Assembly (NCBI GenBank): GCA_000092065.1
Contig: CP000590.1
Source of the DNA: Ostreococcus lucimarinus
Lineage: Eukaryota
Length of the DNA: 64,000 nt
Strand: one strand, 5' to 3'
Made by a program: the position numbers and the translations under genes. This document shows, in pieces, positions 30,408-45,100 of this stretch; positions within the stretch are counted from its first letter, which is position 1, and each line of letters begins with the position of its first letter. The notes below the pieces were generated by a model. The model saw only the letters and a program-made list of their open reading frames with translations, did not search any database and had not been told where the DNA came from.

Positions 30408-30582
30408 AAAAGTAGCGAAATATAGATGTATGTACGGCGCCGAACATGAGAGCGAAACATATTCCCTCGGGCGCAATTGAGTTTCGGTAGCAACTATATT
30501 GTGAGAAGATGTAGATTTAGATTGTAAGAAGAATGATAAATAACAAAAGTGCAACTGTCTAATCAAATCTCGTCGAGGCGGA

Positions 30583-31790
<1,208 letters not shown>

Positions 31791-31878
31791 GCATCGATCG
31801 CGCGACGACGCGACGACGCGACGACGCGACGACGCGACGACGCGACGCGCGAACGCGCGAACGCGCGAACGCGCGACG

Positions 31879-32790
31879 ATGTCGCGACGCGACGACGACG
31901 ATCGCGATCGACGCGACGCGCGCGAACGCGCGACGTCGCGCGAACGCGATCGAGACGACGGACGACGACGGGACGGCGGCGACGGCGCGCGATTCGGATC
32001 GAACGGCGGCGACGGCGAGCGACGGGACGAACGACGCGCGCGCGATGAGGACGAACGAGGACGAGGCGAACGACGGGATGGCGATAGGTTCGGGCGACGG
32101 GACGAGCGCGAGCGCGATCGAGGCGGGGGAGGCGGACGGGGGGGAGGGGAACGCTTCGACCCGGACGCGGATTGGAGGTGCGCGGAGTGTAATAATTCGA
32201 ATTTTTCGTGGCGGAAGAGCTGTAAGCGATGCGGGGCTGGGAAATCGAAGGAATTGAAAGAGCGCGAGCGCGCGGCGCAGGCTGGGTGGTTGTTGGATGG
32301 GTTGGAGGACACGACGAATCGAATCTTTATTAAAGGTTTCGACGCCGCGAGCACGAGCGAGGACGATTTGCGAGAGGTGTTCTCGGGGATCGGGATCATC
32401 TCCAGGGTGCGGCAGCGCACGGGATTCCCAGATCAATGGCCGTATGCGGTGCGCATATACCTGGATGAACGAGGACAAAAGAAGGACGAGGCGGTGATTA
32501 CGTACGACGACCCGCACGCCGCGCAGTCGGCGCCGAGCTTTTACGACGGGTACGAGTTGAACGGGAAGAAGCTCCACGTATCCATCGCGCAAAGTAAGCC
32601 GAAATCTGCGCCACCACCGTCTTCGGGTGGTGGTGGTGGTGGCGGCGGTGGCGGCTACGGCGGCGGCGGCTACGGCGGCGGCGGTGGACGTGGCTACGGC
32701 GGCGGTGGACGCTCGTACGGGGGTGACCGACGCGACGATCGAGGCGGATATCGCGACGATAGAGGTGGATATCGCTCGCGGCCGTACTAA
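31879..32790 (+). CDS. RanBP2-type zinc finger + RRM + RGG/GGY RNA-binding protein (FET/TAF15-like)
   Basis: An RD/RE-dipeptide N-terminus, then ZnF_RanBP2 DWRCAECNNSNFSWRKSCKRCGAGK, an RRM (RIFIKGFDAASTSEDDLREVFSGIGII...KKLHVSIAQSK) and a C-terminal GGGGYGGGG/RGG tail. Only the 3' part of ORF 30628..32790 is used; its 5' part is antisense to ADK. Confidence 0.65.
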   Translation: MSRRDDDDRDRRDARERATSRERDRDDGRRRDGGDGARFGSNGGDGERRDERRARDEDERGRGERRDGDRFGRRDERERDRGGGGGRGGGERFDPDADWRCAECNNSNFSWRKSCKRCGAGKSKELKERERAAQAGWLLDGLEDTTNRIFIKGFDAASTSEDDLREVFSGIGIISRVRQRTGFPDQWPYAVRIYLDERGQKKDEAVITYDDPHAAQSAPSFYDGYELNGKKLHVSIAQSKPKSAPPPSSGGGGGGGGGGYGGGGYGGGGGRGYGGGGRSYGGDRRDDRGGYRDDRGGYRSRPY

Positions 32791-32959
32791 CTTTTTAGCG
32801 AGTTTTGATAATAATCGACGTTTTTGGTGTCTGTGTTCTACAATGTAATAAAATCGCTTCTAAAGCAATATATTTTGCTACTAAAGTTAGGAGTGTTCGG
32901 ACGCTCGAACATAAATGTAATCAATCGAGTAATGGCTCGGGAAAAAATCTTTGGCAACT

Positions 32960-35900
32960 CTACGAAGCCTTGTTGAGGGAGAGAATCTTCAGATGGCCGC
33001 GGGAATTGGCGGCGAGAAGGTGTTTGGAGTTCGGAGACCACACGACAGATGAGATAAATCCACCCTTGTCGCGTCTGTTGTGCGACATCGGCGTCGGCTT
33101 GTCGGCGAAGCCGTAGTGCGCAACGGGAGAGGATGCATGTTTCGCGTACACGTGCACGATGTTGTCTTCCGAACCGCACGCGATGTACCCATCAGCGTTG
33201 GTGCTCAACCCGACGAAGTTCTTCTCGTTGGTGTGGCCCACGTACGTTCGCACGCACGCCGTTCTGGGATCGTTTCTCTTGATGTCCCAAAGCTTGAGCG
33301 TGTTATCCGTCGACGCCGAAACCAACTCATCGCCGACCCAGTGCACGTAAGAAACGGCCTTACGATGGCCTTGCAGCGTCATCAAAGGCGTGCTCGGCTG
33401 GCGAAGGTCGTACACATGGATCCTGTGATCGGCGCTTCCGATGGCGAGCATATGTGCCGACGTCGGGTGGAATTTCACCGAGCACACGTTGGCGCGGTTT
33501 TGAAGCGTGCACACGCCTTCCTTCGTCGTCGTGGAAAAGATGCGAACCGTACCGTCGTCAGACGCGCTGGCAAGCTTAGTCGGGTCGATGTGGCTAAAGT
33601 CGATACTCCACACTCGTCTTCTGTGGGTGGTGTTCTCCCAGGTGGACGTTTCTTTCTGCACATCCCAAAGTTGTACGACGCCTTGATAATCACCAGACGC
33701 GATGGATTGCTTCACGTACGGGTTGTAGCACAACGCCGAAACCTTGGAGTGCGCTTCAAACTCCACCGCTGGGCAGTGCACGCGCGCTCCTAAAGTCATC
33801 ACCGCACTCGTCTCGTATACGCAAATGGACTTGCTCGTACCCGCCGTAGCGAACAGCTCGCCATCCCGATCCCAGCTCGCGCAACACACCATGGAATTAT
33901 TTGCCGCGAAATCGGCGAAGTCGCCGCCTATCGAGGCGCACCGCTTGATGGAAACCGCGCGAGTCACCAAACATATTTCGTTCTCAAACTCTTCCAGAGC
34001 GTCACGAACGGCCGTAGTATCGACGCCATCCGCTCGAACGCGTTTCAACCAAGCGGCGTCCGAATCGCCCTTAGTGCCGCCCTCCTTTATCGCCACGGCG
34101 CACTTGTCGAAGAGACCGCGCTCTAAATCCGCGAACACGGCCGGTTCGAGCGATTTGGGCGACTTGAACGCCGTGTGTACGACTGAATCAAGATCCTTGA
34201 GCGTCAGAGTCTCGTCGTCGTAGCACTCCATCGCGTGTTCGACGACTCTCGCGCGTTTGCGATCAGGCGAATCAGAGTGCTCTGAAGCGCTCCCTTTGGC
34301 GACTCCTGCTTCGGCGAGCAAAACGTCGAGCATTCCGTGAGATTGCGTCAACTCGCGCAGTTGAGAATCTCTGGCCGTTCGTAAAGTCTCCAACACTGTC
34401 TCAAGACGCTTCAAAGTCTCCAAGCGTCGCTCAGTCTCCACGCCGTGCGCGCGCGCATCACCCGCCACCGTTCGCAACCGCTCGCTCGCGTCTCTCGCGG
34501 TGGCGCGATCTTTTTGTCTAAGGAGGGAGACGACAACCTTGGCGGCGGCGAGCTCGCCCGTCATCGCGCGCTTTGCGAATCCACTCATGGTGATGACTTT
34601 CTCCAGCGCCTTGGCCGGGTAGTCAGCTTCGTACATCGTGACGAAGACGTCGGGCCAGAACATGTTGAGAATCACCAAGCCGACAACAAACAGAGGGTCT
34701 TGATCGCCGAGCTCTTGCGCGAGCTCCACGAATGTGTACTCGTCTTGGTCCGCTGCCACTTGAGAACGCGCTGCGAATGAGATCGCACCTTGAGGACTGA
34801 TGTCGAGGCAGTTGGCGTCGAATAGCTCGTAAGACGCGTACCCGCAACCGTTGACGGCGTCGACGAAGGCGAGAATCTGGCCGGCGACGTGCCAACGCTC
34901 CTCTTTTTGCGTCGCTTGCGCCCCCGCGGATTCGTCGTCAAGCCATTCCCTCAGTCGTCGGGAGCCGTTTTCTAATCCCGACAACGGCGCGGGCAACGGC
35001 CGCACGATGGACTCGGGGACGACGCGACTTCGCGCCTCGTCGCCTTTGCCGGCGTCGGCGGCGTCGATGACCATTTTCACCACGCTCCCTTGCGACACAT
35101 TATCCATCTGCTGCGCCGCAGTAGGCGCCGCAAACGGATACGCGGCGACATCCGCCTTGACACTCGCTCCAGTCGCGGCGAAACTCAGCGTGGAGTTGTT
35201 TCTAGGCAAAGTCGGCGACGGCGTCGGCGACGGCGACTTGGCCGTGGCGTTGGCGTCTTCGCTACCCATCCCCTCCGGCACGTGCTCGGGCACCGCCGGC
35301 ACGCCGTGCACTAACTCCCCTCTATCTTCGTCTTCGTCTTCTAAAATCTCTTCCCCGTTTTCAAACCGCGGCACCGCGCGCGACGACTGTATCTGCGACT
35401 TTCTCCACACGTGCTGCCACATGTGCTTGACGGCTTTTCTACTCACGGGTTTAAGCAAATAGTCTTCCGCCCCGTATTGAATGCACCTAAACACCGTATC
35501 GCTGTGCTCGTTCGCACTCATCATGATAACCGGCATGTCTCGCAATCGCTCGTCGTTGCGCACTATTTGCAACAGCGCCGGTCCGTCGATGCCCGGCATC
35601 ATGACGTCGGTGAGCAACAAGTGAAACTCCGTCCCTCGTCTCAACAGCTCCAGCGCCTCTTCTCCCGATTCCGCCGTCGTCACGCGATACCCACACTTTC
35701 GCAATAACGACGACGTTACCGTCCGGCATATCCTCTCGTCGTCCACGACGAGCACGTGCACGTCCGAAGTCGCCGTCGGTCCGTCGCCGCCGCTCGTCGC
35801 GCTCGTTCGCCGCGTCCGCGTCTCCATCGTCCCGTGTCGTCTTCGCTCGTTCATCTCCGTCATCGACTGCGCGCGTCGTCGCGAGGTATCCACGCTCGTC

Positions 35901-36160
35901 GTCCGCGTCGCCGCGCGCGTCGACGCCTCCGCGTCCCTCGACGACGTCGCCGCCATCGGTGCGCGCCCTCGCGTCGACGTCACGCCGTCTCCAGCGCTGC
36001 CGCCCCGCGCGCGTCGTCGTCGCGACGCCGTCCGCGCCGAGCCGTCGAGGACGCGCGGGCGACGATCGCGCGTCGTCGCGATCGAGCGCGCGCGCGGTGA
36101 CGCGCGCGCGTCGTCGTGTGGCGTCGGCGCCGACGCCCCGACACCCGGCCGCGCGGCCAC
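32960..36160 (-). CDS. Response-regulator receiver domain fused to a SPA-like pseudokinase/coiled-coil region and a COP1-type WD40 domain
   Basis: REC domain: VLVVDDERICRTVTSSLLRKCGYRVTTAESGEEALELL...LLLTDVMMPGIDG...PVIMMSANE...LLKP, with the phospho-acceptor Asp retained. Middle: LREWLDDE...WHVAGQILAFVDAVNGCGYASYELFDANCLDISPQGAISFAA, a SPA pseudokinase-like region, then a coiled coil. C-terminus: a WD40 region colinear with COP1 (SWDRDGELFATAGTSKSICVYE, IASGDYQGVVQLWDV, VWSIDFS...ASASDDGTVRIF, ANVCSVKFHPTSAHMLAIGSADHRIHVYDLR, GHRKAVSYV...LVSASTDNTLKLWDI, GHTNEKNFVGLS...YIACGSEDN, FISSVVWSPNSKHLLAANSRGHLKIL). The start codon is uncertain; alternatives are MTEMNERRRHGTMETR near 35850-35880. 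Confidence 0.75.
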   Translation of the reverse strand: MAARPGVGASAPTPHDDARASPRARSIATTRDRRPRVLDGSARTASRRRRARGGSAGDGVTSTRGRAPMAATSSRDAEASTRAATRTTSVDTSRRRAQSMTEMNERRRHGTMETRTRRTSATSGGDGPTATSDVHVLVVDDERICRTVTSSLLRKCGYRVTTAESGEEALELLRRGTEFHLLLTDVMMPGIDGPALLQIVRNDERLRDMPVIMMSANEHSDTVFRCIQYGAEDYLLKPVSRKAVKHMWQHVWRKSQIQSSRAVPRFENGEEILEDEDEDRGELVHGVPAVPEHVPEGMGSEDANATAKSPSPTPSPTLPRNNSTLSFAATGASVKADVAAYPFAAPTAAQQMDNVSQGSVVKMVIDAADAGKGDEARSRVVPESIVRPLPAPLSGLENGSRRLREWLDDESAGAQATQKEERWHVAGQILAFVDAVNGCGYASYELFDANCLDISPQGAISFAARSQVAADQDEYTFVELAQELGDQDPLFVVGLVILNMFWPDVFVTMYEADYPAKALEKVITMSGFAKRAMTGELAAAKVVVSLLRQKDRATARDASERLRTVAGDARAHGVETERRLETLKRLETVLETLRTARDSQLRELTQSHGMLDVLLAEAGVAKGSASEHSDSPDRKRARVVEHAMECYDDETLTLKDLDSVVHTAFKSPKSLEPAVFADLERGLFDKCAVAIKEGGTKGDSDAAWLKRVRADGVDTTAVRDALEEFENEICLVTRAVSIKRCASIGGDFADFAANNSMVCCASWDRDGELFATAGTSKSICVYETSAVMTLGARVHCPAVEFEAHSKVSALCYNPYVKQSIASGDYQGVVQLWDVQKETSTWENTTHRRRVWSIDFSHIDPTKLASASDDGTVRIFSTTTKEGVCTLQNRANVCSVKFHPTSAHMLAIGSADHRIHVYDLRQPSTPLMTLQGHRKAVSYVHWVGDELVSASTDNTLKLWDIKRNDPRTACVRTYVGHTNEKNFVGLSTNADGYIACGSEDNIVHVYAKHASSPVAHYGFADKPTPMSHNRRDKGGFISSVVWSPNSKHLLAANSRGHLKILSLNKAS

Positions 36161-36381
36161 GTCACGGGGCGATCGTGGATTTCACATTTACGCGCGAGCG
36201 TCCCGTGCGCATGGGACTCAGAACGACCCGAATACGCATCGTGGACGACGCGCACGCCACCAAAACCGCGATCGCGCGATCGCCACGCCCGCGCGTCGGC
36301 CGTCGCGCGCGCGTCGGCCGCGCGACGCGATCGCGTCGTCACTTCACGCATCGACGAAGCCAATGGTGCGCGCGATGCGAT

Positions 36382-36416
<35 letters not shown>

Positions 36417-36550
36417 GGACGAGGACGATCGAGGGCGCGCGCGCGAGACCGCGCGCGGGGCGCCGCGGCGGGGTTCGGGACGGGACGACGCGGGACGAGG
36501 ATGTCGCGTTATCCGACGTGGGCGATCGAGCGCGACGATCGGGACGCGCG

Positions 36551-36619
36551 ATGGCGTCGCGCGCGACGCCGTGGGGGTCGCGATGCGCGCGAATGATGGG
36601 GAAAAAATTCGCGCGTCGA
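36551..36619 (+). CDS. Putative exon 1 of plastid GAPDH (start of the transit peptide), tentative
   Basis: MASRATPWGSRCARMMGKKFARR ends at a GTGACG donor at 36620 in phase 0, matching the phase of the acceptor at 37019/37020. It resembles the start of a GapA transit peptide (MAS...GK.F..FSGL). Confidence 0.3.
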
Positions 36620-37019
36620 GTGACGCCGCGTCGAGGGCGAACGCGGGCGCGAGGACGCGAGGACGCGCGCGCGATGGGGCGTCGGGGACACCGCCACGGG
36701 GACATCGCGATCGAGCGCGCCGTCGGCGTCCGACGCCGCGCGAACGAAAGACGGCGCGGGGGCGACGCGACGCGGACGCGCGGCGCGACGAACGGGGCTC
36801 GTCTCGCGCTCTCGGAGCGTCGAACGGCCGCGCGGCGTGGGCGACGACGCGCGGGCGCCGCCGATCGCGCGCGCGCGGGGTGGATAAACCACCCGCGCGC
36901 GCGTCGAGGGGGTCGGGGCTGGGTCGCGACTCCTCGTCCACGACGAATAGTGTTGAATCGACCGCGAGAAGCGCCGAGACTGACCGAACGCGCGCGCGTG
37001 TTTTTCGTGTTGTTTACAG

Positions 37020-38159
37020 TCGTTCACTGGCCTCACCTCTACCGCGCTCCCCACCAAGGCGGAGCAAACCTTCACCGGTCGCGTCGCGCGCCAAACCGCC
37101 ACCAAGGCGACTGGCGCGAAGACCGTCGCGGCGATGAAGGGTAAGCAATGCAAGGTTGCCATCAACGGTTTCGGCCGCATCGGCCGCAACTTCTTGCGAT
37201 GCTGGCACGGACGCGCCAACACCATGCTCGACATCGTCGCCATCAACGACTCGGGCGGAGTGAAGCAAGCGAGCCACTTGGTCAAGTACGACTCCGTCCT
37301 CGGCACGTTCGAGGCGGATGTCAAGATCATCGACGACACGCACATCTCCATCGACGGCAAGTCCATCGAGATTGTGTCTTCCCGTGACCCGCTCCAGTTG
37401 CCGTGGAAGGCTCTCGGCGTCGACATCGTCATTGAAGGTACCGGCGTCTTCATCGACACCCCGGGCGCCTCCAAGCACTTGACCGCGGGCGCCAAGAAGG
37501 TTGTCATCACGGCCCCGGCCAAGGGTGACGACATCCCGACCTACGTCCTCGGTGTCAACGCCGACCAGTACAAGAACACCGACAAGATCGTCTCCAACGC
37601 GTCGTGCACGACCAACGGCCTCGCGCCGTTCGTCAAGGTTCTCGACGACCGATTCGGCATCGTCAAGGGTTTGATGACCACCACGCACTCCTACACCGGT
37701 GACCAGCGCATTTTGGATGCGTCTCACCGTGACTTGCGCCGCGCTCGCGCCGCCGCCTTGAACATCGTGCCGACCTCCACCGGCGCCGCCAAGGCTGTCG
37801 CGCTCGTCTTGCCGCAACTCAAGGGCAAGCTCAACGGCATCGCGCTCCGCGTCCCGACGCCGAACGTGTCCGTCGTCGATCTCGTCATCCAAACCTCCAA
37901 GAAGGTCACCGCCGACGAAGTCAACGCCGCGTTCCGTGAAGAAGCCGCCGGCAAGCTCAAGGGTATCCTCGCCGTCGCCGACGAGCCGCTCGTGTCTTGC
38001 GATTTCAAGTGCTCCGACGTCTCCACGTCCATCGACGCCGCGCTCACCATGGTCATGGGTGACGACATGTTGAAGGTTGTCGCGTGGTATGACAACGAGT
38101 GGGGCTATTCGCAACGCGTAGTGGACTTGGCGGAATTATGCGCAGCAAACTGGGAATGA
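37020..38159 (+). CDS. GAPA: Glyceraldehyde-3-phosphate dehydrogenase, chloroplast A-type (GapA), main exon
   Basis: [21 protein letters not shown] (a GapA/B-specific N-terminus), [12 protein letters not shown] (catalytic Cys), and [15 protein letters not shown] at the C-terminus. The same frame continues upstream of the first Met as [38 protein letters not shown] (the tail of a transit peptide), beginning right after a ttgtttacag| acceptor at 37019. Confidence 0.85.
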   Translation, partial: SFTGLTSTALPTKAEQTFTGRVARQTATKATGAKTVAAMKGKQCKVAINGFGRIGRNFLRCWHGRANTMLDIVAINDSGGVKQASHLVKYDSVLGTFEADVKIIDDTHISIDGKSIEIVSSRDPLQLPWKALGVDIVIEGTGVFIDTPGASKHLTAGAKKVVITAPAKGDDIPTYVLGVNADQYKNTDKIVSNASCTTNGLAPFVKVLDDRFGIVKGLMTTTHSYTGDQRILDASHRDLRRARAAALNIVPTSTGAAKAVALVLPQLKGKLNGIALRVPTPNVSVVDLVIQTSKKVTADEVNAAFREEAAGKLKGILAVADEPLVSCDFKCSDVSTSIDAALTMVMGDDMLKVVAWYDNEWGYSQRVVDLAELCAANWE

Positions 38160-38434
38160 TCAGTTCTGTTCGTTCCCGTTGAGAAGAACGCGATCGCCGC
38201 GTCGCGCCGCGCGACGCTCTCGTCGTGGTTTAGTCGCGGAGAATTTCCGCGTTTGGCCGCTCATTCGTATCAGTAATACACTACAGTGAAACACTTTTAT
38301 CGATCTTGTCCTCGTGCACGCTCGAACCGTCGCTCGAACCGCGCGCTCGATGAATGATGTTGGGTCATATTGACAACGGCTTGATTGAACAACTTTTTCT
38401 GGTTCGCGAGACTCGCTATAGGCCTCCTAAATGC

Positions 38435-40465
<2,031 letters not shown>

Positions 40466-40480
40466 CTATCACGAAAAAAT

Positions 40481-41260
40481 CTACTCGGAATCGCCGCGCG
40501 CGGCGCGGAGGGCGTCGCGAATCAACGGCGAGGCGACGTCGCGCGCGAGCGCGTACGGCGCCCGCTTGCTCGGCCACACGTCGCGAACCATCTCGTCGAA
40601 ATCTATCCAGCGCAAGCGATCGAACTCGCGACTTTCGCCGTTTTCGCCCGCTAAATTCACCGCCGGGTGCGTCGTGGGGTCGGCGTCGCAGTCCACGCCC
40701 GGCCAGTGAAAGAGCGCGAACTCGAGTCTCTGTCCCGCGAGTCCGCGCTCGGCGAGCCACGTGTTTTCTTCCACGCGATAGCAGTACCCATCGCTCTCCG
40801 GCAGCGCCCCGATCAATCGCACGACACCGCTCGAGCTCGGCGTCGTCGCGTCCATCGCGCGCACGCCCGTCTCCTCGAACAGTTCTCGCGCCGCCGCGTC
40901 CTCGACGCGTTCGCCCGCCTCGACGCCGCCCTGCGGCGCGTTCCACGACCCCGCTCGATCGCTCCTCTCGCCGCACAGAATCTCGCCTCGATCGTTGAAC
41001 ACGAGCGCGGCGGCGCACCTTCGGTATTTTTCCCCGTTCACCGTCACCGAGCGCGCGTCGGGGTACGGCTTCGCCTTCGCCTTCGCCTTGGTCTTCGCCT
41101 TCGTCCTCTTCGCCTTTGCCTTTGCCGTCTCGGTCGTCGTCGTCTCGGTCGTCTTCGCGCGCGCGCCGGTCGCGCCCTTGCGCTTGCCCCGGTCAGCGCT
41201 CGCGAGCGTCATGACGGCGCGACGGCCCGCGACGCGCGCGACGCGCGCTCGAGTCGACAT
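40481..41260 (-). CDS. Nudix hydrolase (Ap4A/NUDT-like), presequence-bearing
   Basis: Nudix box [23 protein letters not shown] and an upstream [19 protein letters not shown]-rich repeat ([19 protein letters not shown]) lies in the N-terminal extension. The start is taken at [10 protein letters not shown] (41260). Confidence 0.65.
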   Translation of the reverse strand: MSTRARVARVAGRRAVMTLASADRGKRKGATGARAKTTETTTTETAKAKAKRTKAKTKAKAKAKPYPDARSVTVNGEKYRRCAAALVFNDRGEILCGERSDRAGSWNAPQGGVEAGERVEDAAARELFEETGVRAMDATTPSSSGVVRLIGALPESDGYCYRVEENTWLAERGLAGQRLEFALFHWPGVDCDADPTTHPAVNLAGENGESREFDRLRWIDFDEMVRDVWPSKRAPYALARDVASPLIRDALRAARGDSE

Positions 41261-41480
41261 GCACCGCGCGCGCGCGCGTGCGGCGAATCGAATTGGCGCG
41301 CGCGGGGACGCGATTGGCCGGCGCGACGCGATTCGCCGCACACGACGACGCGCCGACGCGCGACGATCGCGCGAGGAGCTCGGGCGCGCGTGTCGCGTTT
41401 CCACGGTCCCGACGAAGGCGATGACGCGAGTCGAACGCGCGCGAAACGGACGACGAACGACGACGACGACGACGATCAAG

Positions 41481-42065
41481 ATGATGCTCGTCGTCGCGCT
41501 GGGCGCGCTGGCGTGCGCGTTCGTCGCGACGCCGGTGCTCGCGGAAAAGCGCGCGCCGAAAGTCACCGATAAGGTGTTCTTCGACGTGACGATCGACGGT
41601 GAACCCGCGGGGCGAATCGTCATGGGGCTGTACGGGAAGACGGTGCCGAAGACGGCGGAAAACTTCAAGCAACTCGCGACGGGGGAGAACGGATTCGGGT
41701 ACAAAGGCTCGGGATTCCATCGAGTGATCAAGAACTTTATGATTCAGGGTGGTGATTTCACCAATCACGACGGCACCGGGGGGAAGTCGATCTACGGCGC
41801 GCGATTCCCGGATGAAAACTTCAAGCTCAAGCACGAGGGGCCGGGGACGCTGTCCATGGCCAACGCCGGGCCGGACACGAACGGGTCGCAGTTTTTCATC
41901 TGCACCGTCAAGACGAGCTGGCTGGACGGCCGACACACCGTCTTCGGGCGCGTGCTCGAGGGCATGGACGTCGTGACGGCGATCGAAAACCTCGAGGGGA
42001 CGCCGCCGCAAAAGCCGGTGCTGATTGCCGACTCGGGCGTCTTACCGATGGACGCCGAACTTTAA
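41481..42065 (+). CDS. Peptidyl-prolyl cis-trans isomerase, cyclophilin B-type (secretory/ER)
   Basis: Signal peptide [21 protein letters not shown], then the cyclophilin core [31 protein letters not shown]...[31 protein letters not shown]...[21 protein letters not shown]...[19 protein letters not shown]. Confidence 0.85.
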   Translation: MMLVVALGALACAFVATPVLAEKRAPKVTDKVFFDVTIDGEPAGRIVMGLYGKTVPKTAENFKQLATGENGFGYKGSGFHRVIKNFMIQGGDFTNHDGTGGKSIYGARFPDENFKLKHEGPGTLSMANAGPDTNGSQFFICTVKTSWLDGRHTVFGRVLEGMDVVTAIENLEGTPPQKPVLIADSGVLPMDAEL

Positions 42066-42148
42066 ATCGACGCGTCACTTTAATTATCTATGCGCGCGCG
42101 CGTGCATACGTTGTCAATGCTGCTAAAATAAAATTACATTCGCTCGAT

Positions 42149-45100
42149 CTAATCGTCGCGATTGATCGTCGCGAGCATCGCCTCGACGTCGGCGTGTGTC
42201 TCCGGAACGACGACGCCGAATTCCTCGGCGACGACTTGTTCTATCACGTTCGATACAGAAGCCAGGAGTCGTGGAAAGTCGGCGCTGGAACCACCGCGTG
42301 CGATGATGGCTGACTTGATTCTTTCCTCCGCCAAACGCGCGCGAAGACGCAGGGCGAAAAATTCTCGCGACGTCTCCCAGGGGATGACAGCCTTGATCGC
42401 CTTCTTGTGCAGCATCACGCCCGGAGTGTCGTGCAAAGCGGCAAAGTGCACGGCGAGCTGTTTGAATGTCGGCATGAGTGCTTTTTTCTTCGCCTCGTCT
42501 TCGTGCGAGTCACCGATGCCTCCGGGAATCGTGCGCTTCATCGTCGACAGCAAATCTTGACGCCTGAATTTGATATCGACGATGCCCTCGGGCTCGAGGA
42601 CGCCGCCCTTGGCGCCTTCGGCGGCGTAGAATTCCATTTGCTCCGGATTGATGGAGCTATCGATGACCACCCAAGCGCCTCCGCGAAGTTCTCCGCCTTG
42701 AGGAATGTACACAAACACCGGCTGTTTGTACTCGCGAAGCGCGTCGACGATGTAGGCGCCGTACTTTAAAACTTCGCCGTACATATCTCGCAAACCGCCG
42801 GCGAAACCGCGCCAGTTGGCAAAGATTATGAGAGGTAGTCCTTCGCGATTCATGTCGCCGATCGCTTGCGCGGTTTTGAACGCGCTGTCGGGGAACCAGA
42901 CTTGACCAGCTTGAGACTCTTCCGCGATTTGTGCGCTCGCAAACGCCGGATCTGCGGGAATCGTCTTGTCCACGGTTCGCGTCTCCACGGCGACGGCGCC
43001 GATGGGCACGCCGCCGAGACGCGCGCGACCTGTGATGACAGTTCGTCCCCAGTCGGGCATGACTTCCATGAACGAATCAGTGTCGAAGAATGAGTGCAGT
43101 AGCTCACGTGGATCGTGCGGAGAGGAAGGAGGATTGAACGTCACGTAACGTCGCACCGGATCGACGCACGGGACGCAGGGGAGCGGCGCGCCGCGCCGGC
43201 TGGGTACGTATGACAACCATTGAAGAATATTCTTCACACCGTGCACGTCATCGGGTACGGTAAGATGAGATACCCCGTTGGCGCCCATGACTTTAGGACC
43301 GCCTATTTGCGAGTTGCTCGTGTAAACTTCGCGACCGAGCACCTTATTCAATGCGCTCGCGCCGGTTAAAATCAACGGCGCGTCGACGTGCTGAACCACA
43401 CGTTGGCATAGACGAGAGCAATACGCACCGATACCGACGCTCCTACCGGTGACGTAGGCCATCGTCACTGTGTGTTTGTACGCACGACTCGTCGCCGCGG
43501 CAATCTCACCGGATCCTTGTAAGCACTCGACGCTCTGTCCTCCGCACACATCCGTCAGCGCGTAATGAATCTCGTCGCGGTAAACGATTCGCTTCGCCTT
43601 GACCCGACCCTTCGCGGACAAGATCTCGTAGTCATCTTCGCTGAGGTAAATGTACTTGAAACCTTTAGAGACGTCATCATCGTCGACCCACTTCACTCTG
43701 AACGCCGCCTTGACGGCTTCGTCGAGACCGATGCGCGCGCCACTATTGGAGCTGATGTAAACGCACGGCAAACCTTCAGCCACAGCGAGATCAAACGCGG
43801 CGCGGTAGACACTGTCTTCCGGCGGAGACAAAGAACCGGACATGTGCGTGATATCATTCGCAACGAGAATGATTTCACGTCCTTTCGGATACTCTGTTGT
43901 CGCCAACTTGACGCGCCAGCAAACCATGCCAACTTCGTTCAGCCCTGGCGCACGATCGCTGCAAACGAGCGCTCGCGTCCTTGGGTCAAAGATGAGCTCC
44001 ATGAGATCGATGATGTCGCCTACGCCAGGGTTGATTTCGGCAAGGACATTCGCAAATATTTCTGGAATGTCGTATACGTACGTCGAGGACAAGTTTTGGC
44101 ACGCCATTCGCTTGCGCTGAATCTTGTTCAACCGAGGGTGCACGTCACGCGCGGCGCAATCCAGCGTCTTCGTGATTTTAAATCGTAAGCCACTGGTGTT
44201 CATCGCGATGACTGAACCCGTGCCGACGCGCACTTCGACACATGCAACCTTCAACCGCTTCAAATCGTTGAACGCAGTGTGAATGAACGAAGCTATCGCC
44301 GCTTCAACGCTCGGCAAATCGTCCTCGGCGTCGGCGCCGACGAGATTAATGAAGACGTGGTTCGCGGCAGTGCGATGACGACCCACCGCAAGCTCAAGAG
44401 AGCCGAGAACATCAGCGAACACGCTATCATCGTGCACGCCGCTCGAACTACCACCTATCGTCGTTCGAGCCAACTCTGAGTCCATGGTCACACTTCCCAA
44501 AGCTGTGCGGCGCGGCGTTCCTTCAGACGGGCTGTTTTCAAACAGCAAGTCCTTGTTGTAAACCGCTGCTCGCAAAAACACGCGACGATCGCGCTGGGGT
44601 TGCTTGTGCCCAGGCTTGACATTCGGTTCCTCAGCGAGAAATACACCGACAGTGTACTCAGACGGTGTCACAAAATTCGTGTGACGATGATGGGAACGAG
44701 AGCTCAAAACGCCTACGCACTCGACCCGGAAGAGTGCGAGCCGTTCGACCTCCATCTGATCGGCAATGTGAGGCCAAAACCCACGTGCGCTCGACATTTC
44801 ACAAAAACCTTCGACTGTGGAATCTTCAGAAGTACGCTTAAACGCGAAATGATGCGGCTTGGCGTCGAGCGCCAGCAACGTGACCACGACGTATTCGAGG
44901 CCTTCGCACTTGAGGGCACCAGCCAGGTACTGTCCAGTCACAAAAGCCTCCGCGGCGGCTCGAATATCGGTGTCGTTCCTACCCACAAGTCTATGATACG
45001 AGATGATGAAGTGCAACTTCTTCGGTTTGTTCGCCGTCGCATCGGGAAGCGCCGCCACCGCGTGTCCAAGAGATGGGGCAAAGAGATGAATGGTGTCGTC

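Noticed and set aside
35959-37144. ORFs 35959..37137(+) 392 aa, 36116..37144(+) 342 aa, 35980..36705(-), 36339..36941(-), 36509..37534(-)
   Set aside because: R/A/G/T-rich frames spanning the REC-SPA/GapA intergenic region and the proposed GapA intron. They terminate exactly where the real GapA frame begins and have no motif support.
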